Shown in pieces: positions 49,301 to 62,400 of a stretch of DNA of 64,000 bases (the stretch's first letter is position 1; the number at the start of each line of letters is the position of its first letter). The position numbers and the translations under genes are program-made. Under the pieces are notes generated by a model. It worked only from the letters and a program-made list of their open reading frames with translations, did not search any database and was not told the DNA's origin. The stretch covers positions 682,001-746,000 of the forward strand of contig LSRY02000045.1 of the NCBI GenBank assembly GCA_001643675.2. Direction: 5' to 3'. The DNA is from Monocercomonoides exilis PA203. Its lineage: Eukaryota > Protista > Preaxostyla.

Positions 49301-52300
49301 AAGGGATCCGGAAACTCCTCCAACCGGTGGATGCGTGCGTATGCATCGTCTAAGGGGATGAAGGAAGGGTTGTCTGTTTCTGCGAGTGGCTGAACAACCT
49401 GCCTGCGGGGCGGGGCAGGTGTGAACAAAGAGAGGATACTTTTGGGCACGTGGCAGCCGCCGAAGCGGTAAGAGCGGAGAAAGAGCATCCGCACCGAAGA
49501 CAGTCTGAATACCTCTCTCAGCACAAACCGCGCGCGCGTGTGGAACAGCGGGTCGAGGGCGAAGTAGACGATGTCTGCGTGGGGCTTTCCCCCCAGCGCT
49601 GTTGTGTCCAGCTCGCCAGGCTTCGGCTGCTCCAAGTCCACATCGTCCAGCTCGGACTCGTGCGAGACGAGCGAAATGAGGTCGAACAGCTTTCGGAGTG
49701 TGGAGACAGATGTGGCTAAGGAAAGAGCAACAAGGCCGACAATCTGCTGTCCGTAGCGTATTTGGTAGAGCCGCGCCTGCTGCCGGATCCAGTCAGAATG
49801 CGCGCGGAGTCGGCTAGTGAGCACATTCTGGATGGATTCTGTGGTTGCTGTGGGAGAAACAATAGAAGAAGAAGAATTTCCTCTGTCGTTTTTGTTTCCT
49901 TTAAGCCCTTTTCCAGCAAGAGCTACTAAGGCTGAGGGGACAGGCACGATTGACAAGCCAGCTGACGTCTGAAGTGAAGGTGTTTCGTGATAGAGTGTGG
50001 GTGCTGATAAAGTGGAATCAACAGAAAGAGAGCTGATAGCAGAAGAGGAAGATGAGTCGGAGGAGTCTTGTTTGATGGCGGGTGGGATGATCTGCTGTTG
50101 GCGCAGGCAGATTGAGAGAAACTCGCGCATTCCAACTTCGTCCTGTTGGGATGAAGAGGAGGCGGAAGAGGAAGAGAAAATGAAAATGGATTTTTGTGGA
50201 TGAGAGAATTAACAAAAACAGAGTTAAAAAAAAAAATAATAATTTGAAAAAAAAAAAGAGAGAAGGAAATACTATTGAAAGGTTTAAGAAAACAGGCAAA
50301 TTAAAAAAAAAGATAAAAATGTTCCAAATTCGCATTAATATCATTCATCATCATCATCATCATAATCAATATCATTGTTATTATTCCTTTTATTACAATC
50401 TCCACCTCAACCTCCCCCTCCGCCAAACCTTCATTCCCTGTATGTATTCATTCAGCTCGTCAAAGTCCTGTTCCCCCACCGGCGACACATTCAGCGGGGC
50501 GCCTTTAAAAGCGTGTTTAGTGACAACATACAGGCTGTGTGGGTAAAGAGAGCGAGGGCGCGGAAACACCTGGACGAAATGGGAGAGAAGGGGAAATTCG
50601 AGCAGAGAAGGGGAAAGAGTGATGAAGCAGTAGAGGTGGCTGGGGAAGTGGTCGAAGACGGCGGAGATAAAGTCGATTGAGCGGTGCTCGAACTCGGGCT
50701 TGAGGCAGTACAATGTGATGCAGACAGCGTTTGGAGCTGGGTTTGGGGTTGGAAATGGGGGTTAAGGAAAAAGTGAAGGTGAAGGTGAAGGAGAAGGTGA
50801 AGGTGAAAGCGGATGTGGATGTGGAATGAAGAATTAAACAAAATGAAAAAAAAGGAAGAAAAAAACAAAAAAGAAAAGAAAATTAAAAATAAAAAAATAA
50901 AAATATTTCGCACACTTCCCAGCTCATCCACGAAATTGTCGTATTCAGACAGATCGAACGACGCCTGCAGAGAAGACACATCCACATTTGATGTCACACA
51001 CATCATCCCAATCGCACGCCCTTCGTACTGAAAATGAATGATTTTTGTTGTGGAAAGGAGGTGGGGAAGGGGGGGGGGGGGAATATAAAAGGAAAAATAA
51101 AATAAATAAATAAATAAAATATTATAAAATATATAAATAAATAAATGTGTATCAAGGAAATTTGTATCATCAAAAAGAAATAATTTTGGAATAAAATAAA
51201 AGAAATAGTTAGAATAAAAGAAAACGGAAATGAAAATGAAAATGAAAATGAAAATGAAAATGAAAAAAAGAAAAAGAAAATAATGAAAAGTTCAGTGAAC
51301 ATTTAGCATAAAAAAGAAAAGAAACAGAAAGAAGAAGAGAATTATCACAAAATAGAAACATTCACACCTCCGCCACAAGCACAATGTCTTTGTCGTTCAT
51401 CATTTCAATCGACTTAGCAATGAAATAATCTCCTCCTTTCTCTCCGTTCACAGCTGTCGATAAATTCACGTTCTGTTCGTTGAATATCGGAATTAAATCG
51501 TCGTTATCTTTAAATCAGTCAACAATAGCAATAGTTTAAATAAAAGTTTAATGAGTGAAGGAAAAAAAAAACAAATACAACAATAATAATAATATAAACT
51601 GAAAAAAATTTTATATCAAAAATTCAAAGCCAAACCTTCGACAGTTGCTTTTCTTATCATCAATTCAGGAACAAAATCAAAGCGATGGCAAAAAAATACT
51701 TTGCATCGAGATGCAAAGCTATCGTCTGTATTACATCTTATTTCTCTGAAAGTTGAAGTGAGCCACGGAAGCAACGACAAATATGGAACACCATCTGGAG
51801 GACAAAATAAAAATACTTGGTTGAAGTCCGGAAGTGATACAAATAATGATCGAAGAATTGAAACAAGAATCTGCATTTCAAGATAATATCATAAAAATCA
51901 CAAATAACATTCAATTAAACGAATAAAGCAATTAAGATTAAATTGCATGCGTCGTCATCAGTGGATGGAATTGAAAGGAAATTTTTTTGAAGAAAAGCAT
52001 CGTCCTCTAAAAATGGCGATCTATTAAACAAATTACAAGATGCAAATGTTAACCACAAAGAATCTTGTGCCTGCATTTTATAAAAAGTTATTTTATGGAA
52101 AACAATTTTTCAAAATAATTACACAACCGTTATTGTTACTCCAAAATGAGTCATAAGCCATGCTGGCCAAGTGCACATCATTGATGGATTATATTCTACA
52201 GCATTGTTAGGATAATCTGAGAATGTTGCAAATCCAACAGGATTCCCTCCTACAAGTGCAACGGCTGACATTGGATTTCCAGTTCTATTTATTGATTTAA

Positions 52301-52559
52301 TGTGCATGCATTATTAAATAAAATTAATCAATGTTTTTAATAATATTTTGATAATGTTCCCAATGCAAAGGGAAAATAATATTTACAAGTTAAATGTTAG
52401 AAGTAACAAATATCACTTTTTCTTTAAAATATGAATAACAGCAAACATAGAATGCTGAAGACTAATTCGTGGATAAATTTTATCAAGCAACGATGCATCT
52501 CGTTCAATCAAACTTTGAATACTTGGTATATCATCGTAATTAGCTCTTCTAAGTTCCAT
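43361..52559 (-). CDS. CFAP61: cilia- and flagella-associated protein 61, multi-exon, with one ~5.36-kb exon (44785-50142)
   Basis: Start MELRRANYDDIPSIQSLI (ATG at 52559). Motifs RIVVVGASDTGLGVLEQL..SLTLVSPHG, YDILVIATGLQ, ALNENSIVYDGRLTVDEKWATNDPLILGAGPIAKFSR and FFREAWATGLYHDRF are characteristic of CFAP61/FAP61. TGA at 43361-43363. Confidence 0.9.
43875..44270. repeat. intronic (AAAAG)n/(AAAAAG)n satellite, ~400 bp
   Basis: Read directly from the sequence. Lies in the last CFAP61 intron. Confidence 0.95.
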
Positions 52560-53391
52560 TCAAAGCTTCGATCAAAACGTTCACCCATAATAATGAATGA
52601 TATTTTTTCTCTCAATTTTGAATATCTTGCAATATGATAATTGATAAGTTTTAATAATTAAACATTTTGACATTGCCAGAAACAAACTGTACCAAAATAT
52701 TTTTTTATTGATTTCAAGAAGAATCGATGAAAACCAGTATTTCAATCAAAAAAAGAATACACCAATTATTATTCAAATTTGGTAAAATTATTATTCGAAA
52801 TTGTTAAACTTCTTATAAAAAATTAAACATCTGCGTCATATGCCTTCTGGCGTGAACATTTATGGATTGAAGTTAAATTAAGAAAAAAATATTTTATTCA
52901 CTTTTTTTTTTTAATATTCTTCTATTGTTTGAAATTAAAATAATAAAAATTAATTGATATGTATTTAATATTCATGAAATATAATAAAGATGGAGAAAAC
53001 AGTTATTTTTATTTTTTTATGTTCATTTCCAATTACCAAATGAACAATGAGTTGTGTAGTGATCATTTTTTTGTTGTATTAATACTACTGCACTCACGTC
53101 ACTGCCTGTCACTGACGTAATTCAAGTCAATAAGGCATTTTTTCAAATGTGTGTGTTTTTAACTTGAAAAAATGAACTCAATAAAATATTCATCTTGAAA
53201 TAATTCTTGTTTTTATTGAAAGTGAATAATTTTTATTTTTTCAAATTTTCTAATATGGGTGATTTTTTATGGGATCATTAAATTCGACACTTCAGATTTG
53301 ACAGATTGAATTGGTGAAAAAAATTCATTATTTTATTAAAAATAATTATTTAAATTATGAAGGGGTATTTTTCTGTGAGAAGCTGCAAATT

Positions 53392-53803
53392 TTAATTTTC
53401 CTCAAAAAACATCTCAGTAATACAAACTCATTTGATATTCGAGAGTTTCATTACAACTTTATTTGTGCTCAGAAATGTCTCGATTTTTTTTGAAATATTC
53501 CCTTTGTTTTATTTTCAAATCCAATAAAAATTTCATATTTCGATCATATTTCTGTTTTCACTCACCAAATTTCACTGTGATTAAAACAAAATCTTGACAA
53601 TGTTATTATTTACTTATTCGTGAATTTTCTTAATTGTGAACAGAAATATTGTCGAAATATGAAATTTTTATTGGATTTGAAAATAAAACAAAGGGAATAT
53701 TTCAAAAAAAATCGAGACATTTCTGAGCACAAATAAAGTTGTAATGAAACTCTCGAATATCAAATGAGTTTGTATTACTGAGATGTTTTTTGAGGAAAAT
53801 TAA
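53392..53803. repeat. inverted repeat: 152-bp exact arms plus 13-bp imperfect inner extension, ~82-nt loop
   Basis: 53392-53543 is the reverse complement of 53652-53803. Inner TCATATTTCTGTT vs AACAGAAATATTG. Confidence 0.95.
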
Positions 53804-54879
53804 CAGAATTATTCCTCTTGCGATTATTGAGAAATCGATCTTATCCGGTATTTTTTGTGATGTCTGGAATGTTTTGCAAAAACCGTATTAAAAAAAAAAA
53901 ACCGAAAAAAAATGAATTTTTTTTAAAAAGAAAGAAAGAAAGAAAGAAAAATGGAAAAATAAATAGAAAAATTCAAGTTGAAGAATCTTTTCTTATACAT
54001 GAACATAAACGAAAATGAAAAACTTATTATGAACTTCTAACTTCTGTAACTTGATGTTTATTTTTCAACTAATTATTGTAAATTTCACAAATGAACAACT
54101 GCTATTTTTACAAAAGATATTTACCAACAAAACCAAAATTTGTAAGATGAAGTCCTTGCTGCTTATGAAATTACAAAAGTGATCTGAATAAAAGTTGATA
54201 TTTCAAAAATAAATGTTTTATTCCAGATAAAAAAAAAACCGAATTAAAATACTCATTTTTCATTTTTAAATATACGAATAAACCATGAAAATTAAATTTC
54301 AAAATTATTATTTCTTCATAAGTGCTTTGAATTAATGATTGATTTCTTCTAAAAATTATTATGAACCTGTTTTATATAGATTTCATGAAAACATTTTCCA
54401 TAAAAAGCAATAACATTATTTTTTTAAATAATAAAAAATAAAATAAATCGTACAAGGAGAAATCCTTTGACATTTGAAAAGAAAAAATATATGCAGCACA
54501 AATATGTTGTGACAAACGAAACGAAATGAAATTTTGAGCTTTAAGATTTTTGTTCAACTCAATGATTTCTTGTATTTTTCTCAATTTTTTTTTATTTTCT
54601 TAATTATTATGCGTGGAATGTTGGACTTTTTATGATTAAATGGAGAAAGAAATTGGATCAAATTTGAGTTTTTTTTTCATAAGTGCAAAAATTTTGCCCA
54701 AAATACAAATTTTATTTCTATGTTTTCAATCAACACACTTTTTTGAAAAAAAGTTCATAAAATAAATTTGTCATTTTGTTTAATTAAAAGAAAACACATA
54801 TAATAACACAGTTTAAATAAAAAAAACTAATAAAAATATAAAAGAAATTATGTAAAAATGATTAACAACTTCGAAAAAC

Positions 54880-55313
54880 TCTGACTGTGCATTGCTCATT
54901 GAAAAGAAAGAAAAACGATCACTTCTTTCATTTTTTTCACAAGCAACATTGCAACATAGAACAGAGGAAATGCTGTGTTCTTCAGTGGCAATGCAATCAC
55001 TCAATCTCCGTTCGAGAATTGTGGATCAACAACTCCAATACAAAGAGTCTGGAATCAAAGAACAGCTGATAATGCTGAATTCAATGGCTGGCTTCCAATC
55101 ATCGACCAGAACAAAATCGTTGCAAATGGTGGAAGTGATGTCGATGCCTGTGGCAAAACACAGCAAAGCCCATGTTCCACCATCGAGTACGCCCTCACTG
55201 GCTTCATTTCCCTCCTCCAAGATGCCTCTCTCACCCTCCTCACCTCAACATTTGTTCCTCTTCAAACACTCACCTTCAGCTCGGCTGATACAAAAATCAC
55301 CGGAATTAATTAA
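54880..55313 (+). pseudogene. short truncated cassette of the surface-receptor family, paralogous to 11424-11855
   Basis: FFSGNAITQSPFENCGSTT..FNGWLPII.QNKIV..CGKTQQSPCSTIEYALTGFISLLQDASLTLL..DTKITG, closely similar to the 11424 ORF and ending at the same residue. Confidence 0.85.
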
Positions 55314-56264
55314 CTTTTTCTGATTCTCATATAAATTCTTTCTTTTTCTAATTTTAAATATTTTTTATGTCATTGAAAAATCCTTGTGCTTTCATCTTCT
55401 TTTCACCAGAAGTTTATTTTTTTCAAAATCCTTCATCTGCTCAGATAAAAGTATTTCTTCGAAATTTCTTCATCAAGTTTCTCTTCTTCATCAAAAGAAA
55501 ATAAAGATCTTTGCTTTAAGGAATCATCATTTTCTTCTCTTCATACAGCATTCCTTCAATCATAGCAGCAATCTCTTCAAAATTTTCAATTTCTTTCGCC
55601 TTTTCCATTTCACCTTTTTTGTCTGCTGTTGATGCCCCCCCCCCCCCCCCCCTTCCTCTTTGAATTGCCCTTCAAATGCTCCTTTTCCCACAAATCGCTT
55701 TCCTTCATTGGCTCGTCTTCTGCAACTTTTCAAATGCTCGTTGCGTTGTTAACTCTGAAGAAGTCCTTCCTCGCAATCATTCGTTCCAAATATCCCTGCT
55801 TATCCTGTTCTTTCTGTTTTCAGCTTGTGCTTCAGCTTCTGAATGAAAAAGGCAAAATAGAGCTATTTTTTTTTTTGCTGTGCTCCTGACACATGTCAAA
55901 AAATTCACTTCCATTTTCAGTTAATTTCAGCTGATGTTCCATCTGAGAATAAGCATTTCCTTTTGTGCTTCTGAATGGGCCGCTGAATACAAGGCTTCGA
56001 GAAGAGTTTGAGGAAAGTTGAGCAATCAGAAAATAATGAAATGTCTTTTTTATTCATCGAAGAAGGAGCCGAAGAAGAAGAATGCTAGAATGAAAAGGCA
56101 GACTTTGCCTCTATAACGCTTCATCACACGGATCTTGAATGAAAAATGAAAAGGAGAATGCTGCGACTGATCTTCAGTGACGAAGAAAAGTGAATGAAAC
56201 AATTTTTGGTTCAATTTGGCGGAGCTGCTGAATTGAATGGCCTGAATGAATCAGAATGATGTTC

Positions 56265-57760
56265 TCATCCAGCAGGAAGTGAGAGGAATAGAACAAAAAT
56301 GAAGCAGATGAAGTCGAGAAGAAGTTGATAAGGAGAAGAAGAAGAAGATAATGAAATGATTGGTGAATTATTTGGAAAAGAAGAAAATGAAATGGGAGAA
56401 GAAAAATGATTCGAGTTTTTCATCTGTTTTTGAGCTTTTTGAATGAAAGAAGGAAATTCTTCATTCAATTCATCCAGCTCTTCTTGTGTGATTTGCACTT
56501 CCTATTTAATCCACTTCGTAAATTATAATTATTTGTATTATTTTCGTTATTCTTATCATCTTTTGGTGAAATTAATAGAATTTCTTCTTCGTCTTCATCA
56601 TCATCATCTTCTTTTTCATCTTCTTCTTTTTCATCTTCTTCTTTTTCATCTTCTTCATCTTTCTCTTTCTCATTGTCATTGCTATTGCTGTTGCTATTTG
56701 TTGAGGAAGACACATTCTCGACGAACGTCTTGTTCGCTTGCGCCCGTGCCATGGCTGGAGTCGTCTGGTCGGGCATTGGAATCGGCATTGGCATCAGCAG
56801 CAGCTACATCGGTAGCGATAGCGGTTGGCGTTGTCACAGATGGATTTCCAGCGCTGCTTGTCCAAGTGATCCAACGGCACTCCAGTTTCAGAGCAAGCAG
56901 CGTTCCCCTTCGCATGTTGCGCCATTCGGCCAATCCAATAGCCGTAGTCATTAACATCAACATTATTATCATCATCTTCTTCTTCTCTATCTACTTCTTT
57001 CTCCTACAAATCTCTTCCACTCAAACTAATTTTTCTTCCTTTCATTTTCATGCAAAATTCCTCAACTGCCCTCGGAATAATTTTTCTATTTCTCCGAAGT
57101 TTTTCAATTTCTTCATCATTTTCTCTTCTTTTTTCTTCATTTTCTTTGCAATTTTCTTTGTAATTTTCTTTCTTTCTTCTTTTCTTCCTCTTCTTCCTCT
57201 TCTTCTCTGCTCACACCCTCAGTTTTTGTTGCCTCTTTTGTGCAAATAAAACTTCAGCTTCTGCTTTCTCCTCGGCTTCCTCTCCCTTTTGCCCTTCTTC
57301 TTCTTCTTTTTCTTTCTTCCTTCCTTTCTTCCTTCCTTTTTTGTCATTCGTGTCTCTCTTTCTGTATGTCGATTGATTTCAGAATTTTGCTCTTTCTTTT
57401 CTTTGCTCAATAAAATTCATCATCTCATTCTGCTTTCAGTTATCTTCCTCTTCTTTCTCTTCCTTTCTCTTCACCTCTTCTTCATCCAAATCATCTTTGT
57501 CTTTTGTCCAACTGACAATTCCAACTTCCTCATCCATTTCCTCTGTAAACCCATCTATCATTTGCTCTTTCTTCTTTTGTTCTTCCTCTTCCACAATAAT
57601 TTTCTTCAACTTTTTCTTCTTCATCTTCTTCTTCGTCTCCTTCTTCGTCTTCTTCTTCGTCTTCTTCTTCGTCTTCTTCTTCGGCTTCCTCTCCCTTTTG
57701 CACTTCTTCTTCTTCTTCCTCTTCTTCGCTTTTGCTGCCTTTGCTCCATTTTTCCTGAAT
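56265..57760 (-). pseudogene. decayed low-complexity (E/K/D-rich) coding-like region
   Basis: Broken minus-strand readings with a GC-rich core (56720-56945). No domain recognised. Confidence 0.25.
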
Positions 57761-58259
57761 TTATTTCATGTTTCTCGTCATTTCCATTTGGCGCTTTTGT
57801 TTTCGACCGAATTGCGGAATTATCGTTTGAAACAAAACACGTCCAATTTAATAAGAATAATATTTCTTTCATTTAAATAAAAGGGAATTGTTTGGAGAAA
57901 ATGAAAAATTAGAAGGAAAAGATGATGATGATGACAAAGGCAAAGATAAGGAAGAAGAAGGTGAAGAAGAAGTTACAGTTGAAGAAGAAGAGGAGGAGGA
58001 GGAGCATGTTGATGATAATGAAACGATAATGTTGATAATAACGATATTAAAGTAAATAAGGATGAGGATGATGAAGATGATTGTAAAGTGTGTGATGAAG
58101 ATTTGTTTGGTCAAATACCAAAACAAGAAGAGCAGCGCAGATGAAAGAAGAAAGCAATCGCAAATGGCTGTGGCCTCAAGGAATTGATGTGCAACTGCCA
58201 ATGAGAAGCAACACGATGAAAAATGTTGTTTCTTTCTGTTTCCTTTTTCCTCTTCTCAG

Positions 58260-59495
58260 CGGCTCAATCACAAAAGGAAATGACTTTTATTCTCTATTGT
58301 TCTCAAAATTATCATTACCTTTGATACTTTTCCAACATTGCTGACGGAGATGATGAAGAAGGTTGTGCATGGAGGAAGATGACGGTGTTTGAGATGTGTT
58401 TGATGAAGAAGAATAAACACTTTTCCTTTCAATCATTCCTTTATCATTTTAGCGAATATGCATATGAATGGAAATGCATTTCCTCTTCCAAAACAATGTT
58501 GATGAACGATGATTCATAAAAGTTCGAAGGAATTGTTTCAATGGAATCTTTTCCATTCTTTTCTTTCGTAATCATCATGTTGTTTGTTCTTCTCCTCTTC
58601 AAAATTATTTCAATCAAAAAACAGCCTTCAATCTGATTCTGCCTCCTCATTTTCCCTTCTTCCTTTCTCCAAAAGAAATTCTTCCAGTATGTAGAAATCC
58701 ATCAGACATTTCTCAAATAACTTCCACTGCCCAAAAATACGAATAAATATAAATAAATAAAAGTATTTTCATAAAAAGATTCGAATTAAACAGAGTTTGC
58801 AGCACACCAATCGCTCATTGCATTCCTTTTTGCAACCCCTTTGCCTCAACAAAAATATGTTCATTTTCACTCATTTCTCATTTTGGCCTTTTTCCCTTGA
58901 AGTGAAATTCCATCTCTATCTGTGAGAAAAACACATCAAAAACCCAACCCAAATGCTCATATAACCTTGTTCCATGCATCTCATCCCTTTTGCCAAAAGT
59001 GTCCATTTCAGCCAATCGAGGCAAAAACAATCATTTCTTTCAAAACATCGAAAATCTCTTCAAATAAAAATATCACAAAAATTCCACCAAAAGACACACA
59101 TTTATATGTGATGCAGAACTGCAAAACTTTCAGCATTCACGCATCTTCCATTCATCTGTGAAATCAATCTTCACATCATTCATTTCTTTCCCTGTTGCCT
59201 TTTCTCATGAAAACACAGCCAACAAAATTATATGCTCCAAATCATATGTTGTTCCATCTCAGAGGCAGATATCGCTGGACGGAGAGCGACGGCTGAAATA
59301 TCAGAACATCAACAAAAATGGATGAATCATTCTCTATTATTCATCGGATCATAAATAAATGTTGAAAAATATAAAAGAAAAATATTTATAACCATATAGC
59401 AATATGATATTCAACAAAAATTGAATGATATTTTTTTGTTGAAGTGCCCATATTAGTCTGCAATAGAAAAAAGAAAAGAAAGCAGTTGGAGAGGC
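58260..59495 (+). promoter_or_regulatory. conserved ~1.2-kb upstream module of the surface-receptor family (copy 2)
   Basis: Aligns by eye with 17683-18915. Confidence 0.6.
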
Positions 59496-62400
59496 ATGGT
59501 TATGTTGCTATCAGGAATATTATATTGTGTGTGGATAATTTGTGTGGGGTGCGTGTGCAAGGGTGCTGCAAGTGATGGGGCAGGATTTGTTGAGGAATCA
59601 GCGAAAGAAGGAGAATTGGATTATTCTGAAGGCACATGGTCAGAGAAGGCTCAAAACAACAAAATTGGAGATGACATTTTATTTGACACACATGTTGAAG
59701 GAAAAGAAGGTGGAGTGAGAGAGACCTTGAAAGAGGAGAGAATGATAAAGAAATTCACAAAACAAAGGAATGGGGGAAGTGGAGAGATTGGGAAAGTTGA
59801 AAAATGGGGTTTTTGTGATGAGTGGAAAATGTGGGGAAAAGTGGGTGTGTGTGGTGGGAGTGGGGTTGAGGGAAGTGTTGTTGGGATCAATTCATCACTG
59901 AAACTGAATTCATTGGGATTGAGGGAAAGAGGTGGGGAGAGTGTGCTCAGGGCATCGGATGGAAGTTTTGTTGAGGTGAGCGGATGTGTGATTGGAGTTG
60001 AGAGAGAGACACCCCCCTTTGATTTGTGTGGGAGCTGTGGATTGTTCACCAACATTTCCCTCAGATCGTCTTCAACTTCGTCTTCAACCTCGACTGAACA
60101 GATATTTCCTCCACTTTTCTCTTCAAAAGCAGTGGATGGAGAGATTTCAGAGAAATGTCATGTTTGTGTTTATTCTTCTCATTTCTCATCTTTTTGTGTG
60201 TCTTCAGCCCCATTCTTCACATCGCACTTTGTATCCCTCTCTTATTTGACCTTCTTCAACATCTCCACAAATCCACAGAAAACAAGACAACTGGGTGAAG
60301 GGCTGGGTCAAAGAGTGTTTCTGATGATTGGGTGCACATTTTCATCAGTGTGGGATGTTTATGATGGGTTCATTGTCCCCTCACTGAACAGCCCCTTATC
60401 TTCATTGGCTGCCTCGAACACCTCGTTTGTCGGATGCTATCGCTCTCAGAATGTTGCAGTCAGCGGGAGCGAGGGGAATCCATCGAAACCAGGGAGACAG
60501 AAGATTACAGAAAATATGGAGAATTCATTTTCCTGGTGTGAATGGAATGGGTCAAAAACCACTGGAACAAGTATTTCTGTTTCAGATGGAATATCGAGTG
60601 GAGGGGCGATTTGCATGCATTACAAGGCATCGGGAACACTTTCAGTGAAATTTTGTTCGTTCAACGACTGCACTGCATATGCTTATGGTGGAGGGATTAT
60701 GTGCGATTCAATCAATTCAGTCAAGATTGAGAACAACTCATTCAATGCATGTACCGCAAAACATTATTATGGAGGAGGAATATTTGCTGAATCAATTTCG
60801 TCATGTGTAAGGATCAGTGGTTGCGAGTTCCAGAAATGCAAAGCGAGTGGCTCAGGAGGAGGCCTTTATCTATATAATTTTAATGTTTCTGGATCTGACT
60901 GTATTGAAACAGAAAGTGGAAAAGGTGAGAGTGCTTGTGTGTTTGAATGTTTCTTCACATCATGCTCTCTGACAAACCAATATGGCGGAGGGATGTATTG
61001 CTATGGTGTTCCGGCTGCATTCAAAATGAGGAGCATTCAGTTCATTTCGTGCAATGCGACATCATATGGCGGAGGATTGTATTTTAATCCAAATCGATCA
61101 ATACCTCCCAGCAACAACATTTATTTCTATTTCTTCTTCTTCAATGATTGCAGTTGCAACGCTTCCACTCCATATGGCTACGATGTGTATTTTTACGATG
61201 GAAACAATCTCTTCTCATCGAATAACCCATTCTATAAATCGTATACAACGAATACAAATGAGAAGAGAGTGTGCCGTTATTATAAATCTGGAAGTTGGTA
61301 TTATCAGCATACAGAAAAGAAGGATTGGCTGAATGATGGAAAGTTATTATTTGTTGGAGAGAATGGAAATGATTCGAATGAATTGTGTGGAATGAATGAG
61401 ACAAAGCCTTGTCAAACAATTGGGCATTGCATGAATAAATGCAATGATGTTGTTAGTTTCGGAATTTCAGTGCTAGGTGGGAAGCATGTGAGCGAAGGGA
61501 CGACAATCAGTGTTGGGGAAAAGAAGATTTCAGTTGTTGGGAGAGGGAAGGCAGTGAGTGTGATTGGGACAAGTGCGCTTTCTTCGCCTGCAACTACTCT
61601 GTTCAGCATATCTACTGGTCAACTGGAGGTGGGGCATGTGGGGATCGACCACAACGCAACAAGAAGCCCATCGCCGAGTGTGTTTGTGGTGTCACTGGGG
61701 AGCGGGACTCTTTTGCTGGAGGATGTGGTGCTCAACTCTTCAACATCAGGAGGGAGTGTTATATCAGCATCTGTGTTTGAAGTGGCGCTGAAGCAATTGA
61801 AGACGATTGATGTGGAGATTGAAAATATAAAAATGAGTCAGCCACTATTTGCAGAACCATCATCAGCAGGATCTTCATCAGGAGAAAGTGTTTTGGCGAA
61901 TGTGACAATTCGGAATGTGAATCGGATAGGAGGAGATGGAGTGGTTTTGGCAAAGAGTGTGAGGGGAGGGGAGACATTTGTGGTGTGGAACACAACAATG
62001 GAAGGGTTTGAGTGTGTGAATGGGAATGGAGGGGGGATAAAGGTTGAGTTGGAAGCGCCTTCAAGCAAAACTCGGATTGGAACATCAACATCGCACAGCG
62101 GAGGAACAACAAAATTCAACAAAACGAAGTGCAGTGGATATGGAGGAGGGGTGATGCTATGGCTAGCAGATAATTCATTTGATTTTGCGATATCATCAGT
62201 GAGTTTTGTTGGTTGCAGTGCAACATCGGGAGGGAAAGATGTGTTTGTGAATGGGAGCAGGTTGGTGAGTGGAACAATAACAACCACAAAGCTGAATTTC
62301 TCACAAAATGTTTCTATTTATGATGAGCTGATGGGATATGACCGGAATGAGGGAGAGATGGGAATATTCACATTGAATGTGTTTTTGGATGCATTTTCAG

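Noticed and set aside
44753-50203. Numerous plus-strand and alternate-frame ORFs over CFAP61 and antisense ORFs over the receptor genes
   Set aside because: Shadow ORFs of GC-rich or low-complexity coding sequence.
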